Below, one piece after another: positions 47,299 to 59,405 of a DNA stretch of 64,000 nt. Origin of the DNA: Escherichia phage ph0021. Both the position numbers and the translations under genes were made by a program. The stretch is taken from the sequence record OP557970.1. One strand, written 5' to 3'. Within the stretch, counting starts at the first letter, position 1. The number at the start of each line of letters is the position of its first letter. A model generated the notes under the pieces. The model was not told the DNA's origin, did not search any database, and was given only the letters and a program-made list of their open reading frames with translations.

Positions 47299-47879
47299 TA
47301 TTCACCACAGAATTCGTTGATATTTTCCCAGTTTAACTTATTCAAGTTTTTCTTAGGAACATTAAACACTTCAATACCTGCATTTCGCAGAATATCATCC
47401 CAGCCAGGTTTATTTTTATCGTATGTTTCACAATAAACCAACTTTTTAATTCCAGATTGAGCTATTGCTTTTGCACAATCTGGGCAAGGAGAAAGTGTTA
47501 CATACATAGTAGCACCTTCAATTGAAGAACCATTTCGTGCAGCAAACAAAATCGCATTTAGTTCAGCATGAATTTCATTTTTAGACGACCATTCAGAGTG
47601 AGCGCTACGATGTTCTTTCGCCAAGACAAAACGATCAGTTGAACCAAATGATACACATTCGGGTTTATGACCTTGGATAATAGTATGTTTAGGTTTATTC
47701 AGCAACCAACCTTGCTCGGCAGCATAATCACAGCAGTTCACACCACCAGCAGGTGAACCATTATATCCGGTAGAAATAATACGTCCATTCTTTTCAATTA
47801 CTGCTCCTACCTTCCAGGAGCAACATTTTGATTCTTGTGATACTAAATATGCAATTTGAAGTACTGTACTCGCTTTCAT
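47298..47879 (-). CDS. cd: dCMP deaminase
   Basis: 193-aa ORF with cytidine/dCMP deaminase zinc motifs HAELNAI and SPCPDCAKAI. Confidence 0.92.
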   Translation of the reverse strand: MKASTVLQIAYLVSQESKCCSWKVGAVIEKNGRIISTGYNGSPAGGVNCCDYAAEQGWLLNKPKHTIIQGHKPECVSFGSTDRFVLAKEHRSAHSEWSSKNEIHAELNAILFAARNGSSIEGATMYVTLSPCPDCAKAIAQSGIKKLVYCETYDKNKPGWDDILRNAGIEVFNVPKKNLNKLNWENINEFCGE

Positions 47880-48214
47880 TTCATAATCACCAGATAAGCA
47901 GATTTAGCAGTTTCAACACGATAAATTTCATGACGAAGTTTAGTTATACTTTTAATAACAGAACTAATTATATTCTGCCCATCTTTAAAGCGGTTTTTCT
48001 TATCAATAAAAATTGCACCAGTCATCTTTTTGTGAAGCTCAACTGGATACTTCGTCACAATAATAGCATCATACACAGAAGGATGAATACTATTCACCAG
48101 AGTATCATTCATTAAAGTTATTCTAATGAACTTTGCTGTTTCAGAGTCAAGCGCTCTATGATCGCCAGTATCATTTTCAAGACAATTATCAATTATATCA
48201 GTTAAATTCATCAT
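47876..48214 (-). CDS. hypothetical protein (cd.x cluster)
   Basis: 112-aa ORF. Confidence 0.55.
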   Translation of the reverse strand: MMNLTDIIDNCLENDTGDHRALDSETAKFIRITLMNDTLVNSIHPSVYDAIIVTKYPVELHKKMTGAIFIDKKNRFKDGQNIISSVIKSITKLRHEIYRVETAKSAYLVIMK

Positions 48215-48447
48215 AGTACGCCATACACCCTTTGTGCTTCAACTAATCCATCAAAATCCAATTTAAGATGCGATATTTGATCGCCATCACCTGGATTCAC
48301 AATTACTAATACTGAACGAGGAGTTTCGGTAATAACACGAACCGATGTTTCAGGAAATCGTTCAGAAACCTTATTTACTAATTCCTGCGCAAATAGTTTA
48401 ACTTTTTCTTGAAATTCTTTAACAGTAATTGGTTTTTCACTTAGCAT
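48211..48447 (-). CDS. hypothetical protein (cd.x cluster)
   Basis: 78-aa ORF. Confidence 0.5.
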   Translation of the reverse strand: MLSEKPITVKEFQEKVKLFAQELVNKVSERFPETSVRVITETPRSVLVIVNPGDGDQISHLKLDFDGLVEAQRVYGVL

Positions 48448-48983
48448 GTTGATCCCAGCTCCTTACTTTCAACGTTTTTAACTAATTTGACAGAAACTAA
48501 TTCAGCATCTTGGGTAATCATTACTGGACCTTCTTCATACTCTTCAAGATATTCTAGAGCTTTCTTTTTAGCTTCTTCCTTCGTATCAGTTTGAGCATAG
48601 ATATAAAACATACAACCAGTAATACCTACTACTTTCCATTTAATTTCTTTATCAGTTTTAATTTCAAATTTACTGACAGAATCATCTTTTTGAACTTCTT
48701 CGAAAAAATAATATTCTGACATATAAGTAATTGAAAACAACGGGCTATCTTTATAGCATTCGCCCATTACATCAACAGCTTTATACCAGTAATCGTCAAT
48801 TTCGCGTTTAATGCTAATAACATTCTTCGCAGGATCAATTTTTACTTTAAATGAATTTTCATCAATAAACTGGGCAATTCGTTTATTAGCCCCACAGGTT
48901 TCATTAAAAATATCTTTATATCCAGCTTTAAAGCGATAAACCTTATCTTCTTCAAACCATTCGCTCATTTTCAATTTCCTCAT
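48441..48983 (-). CDS. hypothetical protein (cd.x cluster)
   Basis: 180-aa ORF with early promoter upstream. Confidence 0.6.
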   Translation of the reverse strand: MRKLKMSEWFEEDKVYRFKAGYKDIFNETCGANKRIAQFIDENSFKVKIDPAKNVISIKREIDDYWYKAVDVMGECYKDSPLFSITYMSEYYFFEEVQKDDSVSKFEIKTDKEIKWKVVGITGCMFYIYAQTDTKEEAKKKALEYLEEYEEGPVMITQDAELVSVKLVKNVESKELGSTC

Positions 48984-48998
48984 TTGTTTGGTAGAGCT

Positions 48999-49028
48999 AT
49001 AATATCACAACTCTACCGTAAAGTAAAC
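48999..49028 (-). promoter_or_regulatory. early promoter (GTTTAC-N18-TATTAT)
   Basis: Minus-strand -35/-10 hexamers upstream of the 180-aa ORF. Confidence 0.5.
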
Positions 49029-49030
49029 TA

Positions 49031-49306
49031 TTAAATTGCTTTGAATTCTGATGTCTGTGATTCAAAGCGAATGTCGCCTTTGATGACTAGCTCAGCATCA
49101 AGACCGAATACGACAATGATATGCGCGGAACCTGGATACAGCGTAATTGCAATAGAATCCACTTGGTCTGGAAGCAAAGCGTTCAATACATGAGTCACTT
49201 GAGCATGGATTCGAAGTTCAGCTGCGTTATCAAGCTTTTCAAACATATTATTAGCGATAATTTGACTAAACACTACTTCTACGATTTTAGAATAAGTCGG
49301 AAACAT
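49031..49306 (-). CDS. hypothetical protein (cd.x cluster)
   Basis: 91-aa ORF. Confidence 0.5.
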   Translation of the reverse strand: MFPTYSKIVEVVFSQIIANNMFEKLDNAAELRIHAQVTHVLNALLPDQVDSIAITLYPGSAHIIVVFGLDAELVIKGDIRFESQTSEFKAI

Positions 49307-49308
49307 AT

Positions 49309-49509
49309 TTACCTCACATAATTTTCTTCAAGCCAATCAATAACATCCAACGCATTATCAAAAGTTGAACCATCTACTTTGTCTTCTGTTTCATAATCAA
49401 GAACATCTAAACCTACTCTTCCATTAACAATAGGCCATAAACAAAACAGGTATTTCTTTTCTTTTTCAATTTTATCGCAAAGATGATAAATTTTTTCTAT
49501 GTTATTCAT
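49309..49509 (-). CDS. hypothetical protein (cd.x cluster)
   Basis: 66-aa ORF. Confidence 0.5.
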   Translation of the reverse strand: MNNIEKIYHLCDKIEKEKKYLFCLWPIVNGRVGLDVLDYETEDKVDGSTFDNALDVIDWLEENYVR

Positions 49510-49698
49510 AAGTTTTCCATGGTAAAGGCAGTTTAGTTTTCTTTACTGTTAGTTCAACATCAGGATTCTTTTCTCTTAATTTAAGGCATTCCTCCCAAGC
49601 TCTGATTTCACTAGTGAATACACAAAATTGCCCATTACTAGTACCGACTAAACCACTATTTACAATAATAATAGCCCAAGTTTCATGATGCCACGCCA

Positions 49699-49699
<1 letters not shown>
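49502..49699 (-). CDS. hypothetical protein (cd.x cluster)
   Basis: 65-aa ORF. Confidence 0.5.
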
Positions 49700-50792
<1,093 letters not shown>

Positions 50793-50888
50793 TTAATACT
50801 ACCCCACGGTCCAAATCCATATATACTGCACCATTGCATGCATCAATGTAACGGTCTGAACATTCAATATAACGTTCTAACAGAGCTT

Positions 50889-51119
50889 TCATTTATTTTT
50901 CTCAACTAATGATTGAATATAATCATGCAGATCTTTAGACGCCTTAGCCCAATTATTTTGATATTCATTTTTAAGATTAGCACGTGATTGAGCTAATAAA
51001 ACATCATTAGTTGGAGGTAAAGATTCTAACCGCTGAATCTGGCGTCCGTAAATCATTGCAGCCATCTCGGATTCATAAATCAATCCTTTGAGATGTTCAA
51101 ATTGATGCCATGAAATCAT
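50889..51119 (-). CDS. hypothetical protein
   Basis: 76-aa ORF downstream of the spanin pair. Confidence 0.5.
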   Translation of the reverse strand: MISWHQFEHLKGLIYESEMAAMIYGRQIQRLESLPPTNDVLLAQSRANLKNEYQNNWAKASKDLHDYIQSLVEKNK

Positions 51120-51415
51120 TTACATTTATCCTCTTTTAACTCTTGACGATAATAACATATCATAGTTTTTTGATCATGTACATATCGTTTTACATCATTA
51201 AGCCAAATACGAAATTCCTGGGAATCTTCAAATGGCATACCGACCCAAGCTTTACCATCAATAACTTTAACTTGCCAAGATAGTTTAGCTTCGTCATATG
51301 ACTTTATTTGTACAGGCCAATTAGGATGAACTGTTTCTTTCTTTACTTCTAGAGGCTTTGTCGAACAACCAACTAGAAGACCAATAGATAATATTACTGC
51401 TGATAGTTTAATCAT
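51116..51415 (-). CDS. outer-membrane spanin lipoprotein (Rz1-like, T4 pseT.2 position)
   Basis: 99-aa ORF with signal peptide and lipobox LLVGCS. Confidence 0.75.
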   Translation of the reverse strand: MIKLSAVILSIGLLVGCSTKPLEVKKETVHPNWPVQIKSYDEAKLSWQVKVIDGKAWVGMPFEDSQEFRIWLNDVKRYVHDQKTMICYYRQELKEDKCK

Positions 51416-51765
51416 TTAGAAAGGTCCTGGATGTCTTCTGCGAACTTGTTGAAGGAGTTGTTGATTTGTTTTTCAACCAATCCTGGCTTACGAGCCACCA
51501 CATCCGCCTTCTTTGCGTCTTTGCGCAGTTTTTCATTTTCACGCTCAATAGCAGCAATCGCCTCACGATTTTTATTATTCATCGCATCAATATAATTATA
51601 TTGATTTTTTAAATCATTTAATGCTAAAGCGTTTTCATTGGCCGTTTTTGTAATTTCTACAACAGACGTTTCTAATCCTTCAATTTTATTTTTTAAAATT
51701 AAAGAAGTTCCGCCTAATGCAATTACAATTAATAGCAAACCTGCTGTCGTATTACTTAATTGCAT
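51412..51765 (-). CDS. inner-membrane spanin (Rz-like, T4 pseT.3 position)
   Basis: 117-aa ORF with N-terminal transmembrane helix and coiled-coil periplasmic region; directly upstream of the lipoprotein gene. Confidence 0.7.
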   Translation of the reverse strand: MQLSNTTAGLLLIVIALGGTSLILKNKIEGLETSVVEITKTANENALALNDLKNQYNYIDAMNNKNREAIAAIERENEKLRKDAKKADVVARKPGLVEKQINNSFNKFAEDIQDLSK

Positions 51766-52259
51766 AAAGTTTTAATAACCTCTATAATATCGTCTTGAGA
51801 AAGACCGTTAATTAAAATATGATGTTCAGCTGGAGATTTAGAAATTTTAAAGCATGCCTCAACATCTTCTGCCATATCCGATGCACTACGATTTGGATTA
51901 CTAACCCCAAGGCGGTGTTTTCCCGTCAAAGGATTAACGATGATATAGCATTTGCAGCTATTGATATGAACATTGGGTTGAGTCTGATTAATGAACACTT
52001 CACAATCATACTTAGCGAGTTGATTTTCTAAAAAGACTTTCATCTCCTCAACCGCATCAGGAAGCATATCACGGGCTTGCTCAAGACGACGATTTCGATA
52101 TTCTTTAATGGTCGTTTTCCGCTTGACTTGCTTAGCTAAATCTTTCTTAAGATCGGTGATATATCCAACTCGACGATTTCCTTTGAATACAGAAATCCCA
52201 TCTGTAGTATCACCGTATGCTTCAACGACCATTTCAGTAGTAATAAGCTGCAAATCCAT
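51756..52259 (-). CDS. alc: Alc, inhibitor of host transcription on cytosine-containing DNA
   Basis: 167 aa from the second Met; T4 Alc length and position between pseT and rnlA; early promoter upstream. Confidence 0.8.
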   Translation of the reverse strand: MDLQLITTEMVVEAYGDTTDGISVFKGNRRVGYITDLKKDLAKQVKRKTTIKEYRNRRLEQARDMLPDAVEEMKVFLENQLAKYDCEVFINQTQPNVHINSCKCYIIVNPLTGKHRLGVSNPNRSASDMAEDVEACFKISKSPAEHHILINGLSQDDIIEVIKTLCN

Positions 52260-52290
52260 CATAAAGTCCTCATGTTATGTCAGTAAGACT

Positions 52291-52320
52291 ACTATAACAC
52301 AACATAAGGAACGTGTAAAC
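52291..52320 (-). promoter_or_regulatory. early promoter upstream of alc
   Basis: Minus-strand GTTTAC -35 and TATAGT -10; core and 5' UTR nearly identical to the promoter at 36503-36532. Confidence 0.6.
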
Positions 52321-52323
52321 AGC

Positions 52324-53911
<1,588 letters not shown>

Positions 53912-53919
53912 AATAAAAT

Positions 53920-53933
53920 GGGCCTTGCGGCCC
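53920..53933 (-). other. GC-rich hairpin between nrdB and denA
   Basis: GGGCC-TTGC-GGCCC in the short nrdB-denA junction. Confidence 0.4.
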
Positions 53934-53938
53934 ACTCC

Positions 53939-55117
53939 TTAAAAGTATTTTTTAAAACTCATCATAACTTTATCATCAACATCATTATCAATCTGTGCAA
54001 CAAGGTAAGATGACAATTCTACTTCTTGTGGCGCAGATTGAACATTATCAGAATTAAGATATTCACGAATCCAAGGATATGGATGTTTAACCGGAGCATC
54101 GGTAATTGGGCATGGAAGACCACACTGTTTCATACGAGATACAGTTAAGTAATCAATAAAGCTCCACATGCTATTTGTATTTAATCCAGGAACATCGCCA
54201 TCTTTAAATAAATGAACTGCCCAGTCTTTTTCCTGGCGGTTAACTTCCATGAAAATATCAACTGCTTCTTGTTCACACTCTTGAGCAATTTTAACCCATT
54301 CATCGCCATCAGTACCGGATTGAAGCTGACGAATAATATATTGGGTGCCTTTAAGGTGAAGCTGCTCATCACGTGCAATGAACTTCATAATCTTGGCATT
54401 ACCTTCCATGATTTCCATGTTCTTATGGAAGTTAAAGGTACATGCAAAAGATACATAAAAACGAATAGCTTCCAATGCGTTGATTACATGCAAACAGAGG
54501 TAAAGAGATTTCATTAGCTCACGCTTCCAATATGTCTCATGCTCAATAGCATCTTCAATAACGTCTTCGTCTGCATTAATTTCTTTTTGGTATTCGATAT
54601 CAGCTTTAGCGTTTTCCCAATAACGAGTTTTAGTCAGAACATCATCATAATAACGTCCAATGGATTCAGCACGTTTCATAATAGCTTCATCTAATACAAT
54701 CTCATCAAATACCTTTGACGGATCAGTATAAAGATTTCGCATGATATGGGTATATGAACGGCTGTGAATAGTTTCACTAAAAGTCCATGTAGCAACCCAT
54801 GTATCAAGACTTGGGTCTGAAATTAACGACATAAGTACAGCAGACGGTGCACGACCTTGAATGCTATCTAGAAGTGATTGATACTTCAGGTTATTAGTAA
54901 AAATATCTTGCTGATATTGAGGAAGCTTGTTAAATTGCGCAGCATCCATCATTAAGTTTACTTCTTCAGGACGCCAGAAAAATGACAACTGCTTTTCGGT
55001 TAAATCTTCAAAAACTTTATGACGTTGAATATCGTAACGCGCAATACCAAGACCTGAACCGAAGAACATAGGTTCTTTTAAAACATCAACTGGATTTGTA
55101 TTAAAAACTGTAGACAT
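53939..55117 (-). CDS. nrdB: ribonucleotide reductase small subunit NrdB, uninterrupted (no intron)
   Basis: 392 aa from MSTVFNTNPVD; continuous reading frame; TAATG overlap with the mobE stop. Confidence 0.93.
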   Translation of the reverse strand: MSTVFNTNPVDVLKEPMFFGSGLGIARYDIQRHKVFEDLTEKQLSFFWRPEEVNLMMDAAQFNKLPQYQQDIFTNNLKYQSLLDSIQGRAPSAVLMSLISDPSLDTWVATWTFSETIHSRSYTHIMRNLYTDPSKVFDEIVLDEAIMKRAESIGRYYDDVLTKTRYWENAKADIEYQKEINADEDVIEDAIEHETYWKRELMKSLYLCLHVINALEAIRFYVSFACTFNFHKNMEIMEGNAKIMKFIARDEQLHLKGTQYIIRQLQSGTDGDEWVKIAQECEQEAVDIFMEVNRQEKDWAVHLFKDGDVPGLNTNSMWSFIDYLTVSRMKQCGLPCPITDAPVKHPYPWIREYLNSDNVQSAPQEVELSSYLVAQIDNDVDDKVMMSFKKYF

Positions 55118-55848
55118 TAATTTTTCCTCTTTAAAATTCTGCCGCGTTTCCAACCTGGCGGTATAATATCATCTTTACCTATAAGCGTGCATTCACTTCC
55201 ATTATTAATCCATTTCTTACCGCGGATTCCTTTATAATCTCTTGGCTGTATTTTGTCAAACTTTGCGTCAAGCTGATATGCCCATCGAAATCCATAGGCA
55301 TATTGAAATTTACCCTCAGCACAATATTTGATATTTGACCCGTTTCCATTAACTGACCTGGACGCTGCGGCAATAGAGTGAAAGGTTTCTATGAAATCCC
55401 CATCTAATGAGAATTTATGTATTTCGATAGATGGGCATGCATACCTATTCACATTTGATACATGTTGTTTAGTTTCGTTTTTATGATGCTTGCCTAACAT
55501 TCCTCTAGGATGAGGATTATTTTTCCAATATTTCTTAAAGAAATCAGAATTAGCTTTAGCAAATAATTTTCTGTGCAAGCTATACAATCTGTTATTAATT
55601 CTATTACCAGCTTTATCTGTTGCCATTAACGTTAACGCAGAGGCAAGACCAAAATGGCCTTCATTTATCTTGCATAGTAATAGATGCGCTATAAAATGTT
55701 CTCTAGCTGTTAATTCAACTAAATTTTCTTTATCATCAGAACCTCCCATGCATTTAGGGACTATATGATGTGTCTCTTTATATTCGGATAAAGGTTCCCG
55801 AGCCTGAGCTCGGGAAATTAGGTCATTATAGATTTTTTGATAATTCAT
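55117..55848 (-). CDS. mobE: MobE-like HNH homing endonuclease between nrdA and nrdB
   Basis: 243-aa ORF with classical HNH motif ETHHIVPKCMGGSDDKENLVELTAREHFIAH. Confidence 0.85.
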   Translation of the reverse strand: MNYQKIYNDLISRAQAREPLSEYKETHHIVPKCMGGSDDKENLVELTAREHFIAHLLLCKINEGHFGLASALTLMATDKAGNRINNRLYSLHRKLFAKANSDFFKKYWKNNPHPRGMLGKHHKNETKQHVSNVNRYACPSIEIHKFSLDGDFIETFHSIAAASRSVNGNGSNIKYCAEGKFQYAYGFRWAYQLDAKFDKIQPRDYKGIRGKKWINNGSECTLIGKDDIIPPGWKRGRILKRKN

Positions 55849-58112
55849 TACAATTTACACGCTGCACAATCGTCGGCTTTAGGAGTTTCTATTTCATAAT
55901 CATCAGTACCAGAACCATCACGGGTATTATGATAATAGAAATTTTTAATGCCATAATACCATCCGTATAGCATGTCATCAATCATTATTGACATTGGAAC
56001 CTTTCCTTTTGGAAAAATCTGCGGGTCATAATATGTATTCGCTGAAGCTGATTGACATACCCATTTCAGCATAATAGCTACCTGCGTAAGATAAGGTTTA
56101 TTACCTTTCTTAGCTAATTTCCATGTATAATCATAGAGGTCTATGTTATGCTCAATATTGGGCACGACTTGATTAAAGGAACCCTCTTTTGATTCTTTAA
56201 CAGAGACTGGTCCACGTGGAGGCTCGATACCGTTTGTACTGTTAGAAACTTGGGAAGATGACTCACATGGCATAAGTGCTGATAATGTGCTATTACGGAT
56301 GCCAAAGAGCTTAAGGTCTTCCCGCAGCGCCGACCAGTCACAAACGTATTTTGGAGCTGCGATTTGGTCAATCTTTTTATTGTACCAGTCGATAGGTAAT
56401 TCGCCTCGAGACCAACGAGTGTCTGAATAATATTCGCAAGGTCCTTTTTCTTTGGCGAGCTTAATGGATGCTTTAATGAGTCCATACTGTAATCTCTCAA
56501 ATAGTTCATGTGTTAAATCGTTAGCATCTTCATAAGAAGCAAAGTTACTTGCCAGCCAAGCTGCATAGTTAGTAACACCTACACCGAGGTTACGACGCTT
56601 TTTAGCTTTTTCTGCTTCAGGAACTGGATATCCTTGGTAATCCAAAAGATTATCAAGAGCACGAACTTGGACTTCTGCCAATTCATTAATTTTATCTTGG
56701 TCTTGCCAGTCAAAATTATCCAGTACGAATGCAGAGAGAGTACACAATCCAATTTCAGCATCAGGACTATTCACATCATTTGTTGGAATAGCAATTTCAC
56801 AACACAAGTTACTCTGACGAATAGGTGCCTTTTCACGAATAAACGGAGTATAATTATTCGTATTATCGATGAACTGCACATAAATCCTTGCTGTTCCTGA
56901 GCGTTCAGTCATGAGCAATTCAAATAGTTCACGGGCTTTAATGCGCTTTTTACGAATATTAGGGTCTTTTTCTGCTGCTTCGTATAATTCGCGGAAACGG
57001 TCTTGGTCTTTAAAATAAGAATAATAAAGCTCGCCACCCATTTCATGCGGACTGAACAAAGTAATGTAGTCGTTCTTTCCAAAACGTTCCATCATCAAAT
57101 CATTCAGCTGGACGCCATAATCCATATGACGGATACGGTTTTCTTCTACACCTTTGTTATTTTTCAAAACGAGAAGATTTTCAACTTCCAAATGCCAAAT
57201 AGGATAATAAGCAGTAGCAGCGCCGCCACGAATTCCACCCTGTGAGCATGATTTAACAGCAGTCTGAAAATGTTTCCAAAAAGGAATAACACCAGTATGG
57301 CGTACTTCACCCATGCCAATCTTGGAACCTTCGGCACGAATCATACCAACGTTAATACCAATTCCAGCACGTTTGGAGATATATTCAACAATTGAAGCGG
57401 AAGCCTTATTGATAGACTTTAATGAATCACCTGCCTCAATAACAACACATGAACTAAACTGTCGAGTCGGAGTACGACAACCAGCCATAATAGGAGTTGG
57501 TAATGAAATCTGTCGAGTAGATACTGCTTCATAAAAATGAATAACATGTTTTAATCTATCAACAGGTTCATCTTGATGCAATGCCATTCCAATAGTCATA
57601 AATGCAAACTGTGGAGTTTCATAAATTTGACCAGTGGTTTTATCTTTAACTAGATATTTTTCTTTTAATTGCATCGCCCCGGAATAAGTAAATTCCATAT
57701 CCCGCTCATGCTTAATTTTTGATTCTAAAAATGTAATTTCTTCTGCTGAATATTTTGACAATAATTCAGGGTCATATTTACCTTCATTTACACAGTAAGA
57801 AATATGGTCAATAAATGAACATGGTTCATACTGTCCGTACACATGTTTACGAAGAGCGAACATTAGACAACGTGCAGCTACATATTGATAATCAGGCTCT
57901 TCAACCGAAATAGAATTCGCAGCGGCCTTAATGACAATAGTCTGAATATCATCAGTTGTCATTCCATCACGGAGATAAGATTTAATATTTTCATATAATT
58001 CATAAGGATCGACTGATGTTCCTTCAGCTGCCCAAGATAAAACTTTAATAATTTTTTGTGGGTCAAAGCTCTGAGAAACACCACTACTTTTGATAACATT
58101 AATTAATTGCAT
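55848..58112 (-). CDS. nrdA: ribonucleotide reductase large subunit NrdA
   Basis: 754-aa ORF, T4 NrdA length; conserved class Ia features and C-terminal CxxC. Confidence 0.95.
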   Translation of the reverse strand: MQLINVIKSSGVSQSFDPQKIIKVLSWAAEGTSVDPYELYENIKSYLRDGMTTDDIQTIVIKAAANSISVEEPDYQYVAARCLMFALRKHVYGQYEPCSFIDHISYCVNEGKYDPELLSKYSAEEITFLESKIKHERDMEFTYSGAMQLKEKYLVKDKTTGQIYETPQFAFMTIGMALHQDEPVDRLKHVIHFYEAVSTRQISLPTPIMAGCRTPTRQFSSCVVIEAGDSLKSINKASASIVEYISKRAGIGINVGMIRAEGSKIGMGEVRHTGVIPFWKHFQTAVKSCSQGGIRGGAATAYYPIWHLEVENLLVLKNNKGVEENRIRHMDYGVQLNDLMMERFGKNDYITLFSPHEMGGELYYSYFKDQDRFRELYEAAEKDPNIRKKRIKARELFELLMTERSGTARIYVQFIDNTNNYTPFIREKAPIRQSNLCCEIAIPTNDVNSPDAEIGLCTLSAFVLDNFDWQDQDKINELAEVQVRALDNLLDYQGYPVPEAEKAKKRRNLGVGVTNYAAWLASNFASYEDANDLTHELFERLQYGLIKASIKLAKEKGPCEYYSDTRWSRGELPIDWYNKKIDQIAAPKYVCDWSALREDLKLFGIRNSTLSALMPCESSSQVSNSTNGIEPPRGPVSVKESKEGSFNQVVPNIEHNIDLYDYTWKLAKKGNKPYLTQVAIMLKWVCQSASANTYYDPQIFPKGKVPMSIMIDDMLYGWYYGIKNFYYHNTRDGSGTDDYEIETPKADDCAACKL

Positions 58113-58429
58113 AAGTCCTCAACTTGAAAATCGTCTTTAAACAATCGGTTAACTATATGAGCTATTATATCACCATGACACGGCTTTGGTTTACATGTGC
58201 ATCCTAGCCTCATTCCACGTAAAGGCTCTAAATGTGCTTTAGTTATTTCTCCGGATTTAATTCGACGTATAAAATCTTTTTTGAATAATTCAATGGCAGC
58301 CTCCCGGCTGCCAGCATCTTTACCGACGTAATTTCCCCAAAATGTACCACGGTGAATATTAACATCAAAGTCGGATTTATATTTATTCACTACTCGGCAT
58401 ATACGGCCTGCGCGGTTGTAGGTGTTCAT
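58103..58429 (-). CDS. hypothetical protein (nrdA.1 position)
   Basis: 108-aa ORF overlapping the nrdA start. Confidence 0.6.
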   Translation of the reverse strand: MNTYNRAGRICRVVNKYKSDFDVNIHRGTFWGNYVGKDAGSREAAIELFKKDFIRRIKSGEITKAHLEPLRGMRLGCTCKPKPCHGDIIAHIVNRLFKDDFQVEDLCN

Positions 58430-58646
58430 ATTGTTCTTCCGTTAAAACAGTAATATCGTAGTAACAGTCAGAAGAAGTTTTAACTGTGGAAATTTTATTA
58501 TCAAAATACTCACGGGTCATTTTATGAGTATAATATTTTTTGCCATAAATGATAATAGGCTGATTTGGTCCTGGAACTTCTAACTCGCTTGGGTTAGGAA
58601 GTGTAAAAAGAACTACACCAGAAGTATCTTTAAATCGTAAAATCAT
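58383..58646 (-). CDS. hypothetical protein (nrdA.2 position)
   Basis: 87-aa ORF. Confidence 0.55.
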   Translation of the reverse strand: MILRFKDTSGVVLFTLPNPSELEVPGPNQPIIIYGKKYYTHKMTREYFDNKISTVKTSSDCYYDITVLTEEQYEHLQPRRPYMPSSE

Positions 58647-58669
58647 AAATCCTCACAATTAAATTAAAA

Positions 58670-58981
58670 TTACACCGCCATTTTTCCTTTCAAGACGCCG
58701 TGGGACTGATAATCTTTGAGAACGAAATCTTTAGGCCTGAGTTTAAGAATGTATTCCAATTGTTCTTTAGTAGAAAGATAGCGGAATTTATAAGGCAATC
58801 CGCCTATTATCAGTTCACAAAGCTCTTTAGGTTCACGACGCAAAATTTCTTTACATTGTTCTACGTGATTCATATAGATATGAGTATTACCGCCAGAAAA
58901 TATCAAATCTCCAGGAATAAGATTACACATCTTAGCTACAATATGAACTAACGCAGCATATGATGCAATATTAAATGGAAG
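58670..58981 (-). pseudogene. td: thymidylate synthase td, exon 2 only (exon 1 absent)
   Basis: Encodes LPFNIASYAALVHIVAKMCNLIPGDLIFSGGNTHIYMNHVEQ...KGKMAV, the conserved ThyA C-terminal region; no N-terminal ThyA coding sequence anywhere upstream. Confidence 0.85.
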
Positions 58982-59128
58982 CATTATGTTCAGATAAGGT
59001 CGTTAATCTTACCCCGGAATTATATCCAGCTGCATGTCACCATGCAGATCAGACTATATCTCCAACTTGTTAAAGCAAGTTGTCTATCGTTTCGAGTCAC
59101 TTGACCCTACTCCCCAAAGGGATAGTCG
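58982..59128 (-). mobile_element. 3' portion of the td group I intron (catalytic core up to the 3' splice site)
   Basis: Minus-strand sequence ...GGGTCAAGTGACTCGAAACGATAGACAACTTGCTTTAACAAGTTGGAGATATAGTCTG...GGGGTAAGATTAACGACCTTATCTGAACATAATG, recognised as the T4 td intron 3' end, abutting exon 2. Confidence 0.8.
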
Positions 59129-59380
59129 TTAGGCATTTATGTAGAACCAATTCCATTTATCAGATTTTACACGATAAGTAACTAATCCAGACGAAATTTT
59201 AAAATGTCTAGCTGCATCTGCTGCACAATCAAAAATAACCCCATCACATTCATCTTCCCATCCCATATCACGTAAAAGATGTTCAGCTTTTTCAACGAGT
59301 TCAGAATCTTTACCAATGATATTAAAATACCATTTACCTCTAACTTCTGAATCTTTGATGCTCTGACGTTGTAATCTCAT
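59129..59380 (-). CDS. chimeric ORF: unknown 44-aa N-terminus fused to the C-terminal DNA-binding segment of I-TevI
   Basis: C-terminus CDGVIFDCAADAARHFKISSGLVTYRVKSDKWNWFYINA matches the I-TevI C-terminal HTH region; the GIY-YIG catalytic domain is absent; early promoter and AAGGAG ribosome-binding site upstream. Confidence 0.75.
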   Translation of the reverse strand: MRLQRQSIKDSEVRGKWYFNIIGKDSELVEKAEHLLRDMGWEDECDGVIFDCAADAARHFKISSGLVTYRVKSDKWNWFYINA

Positions 59381-59405
59381 TTTATTCTCCTTAGTTGATA
59401 GGGTA

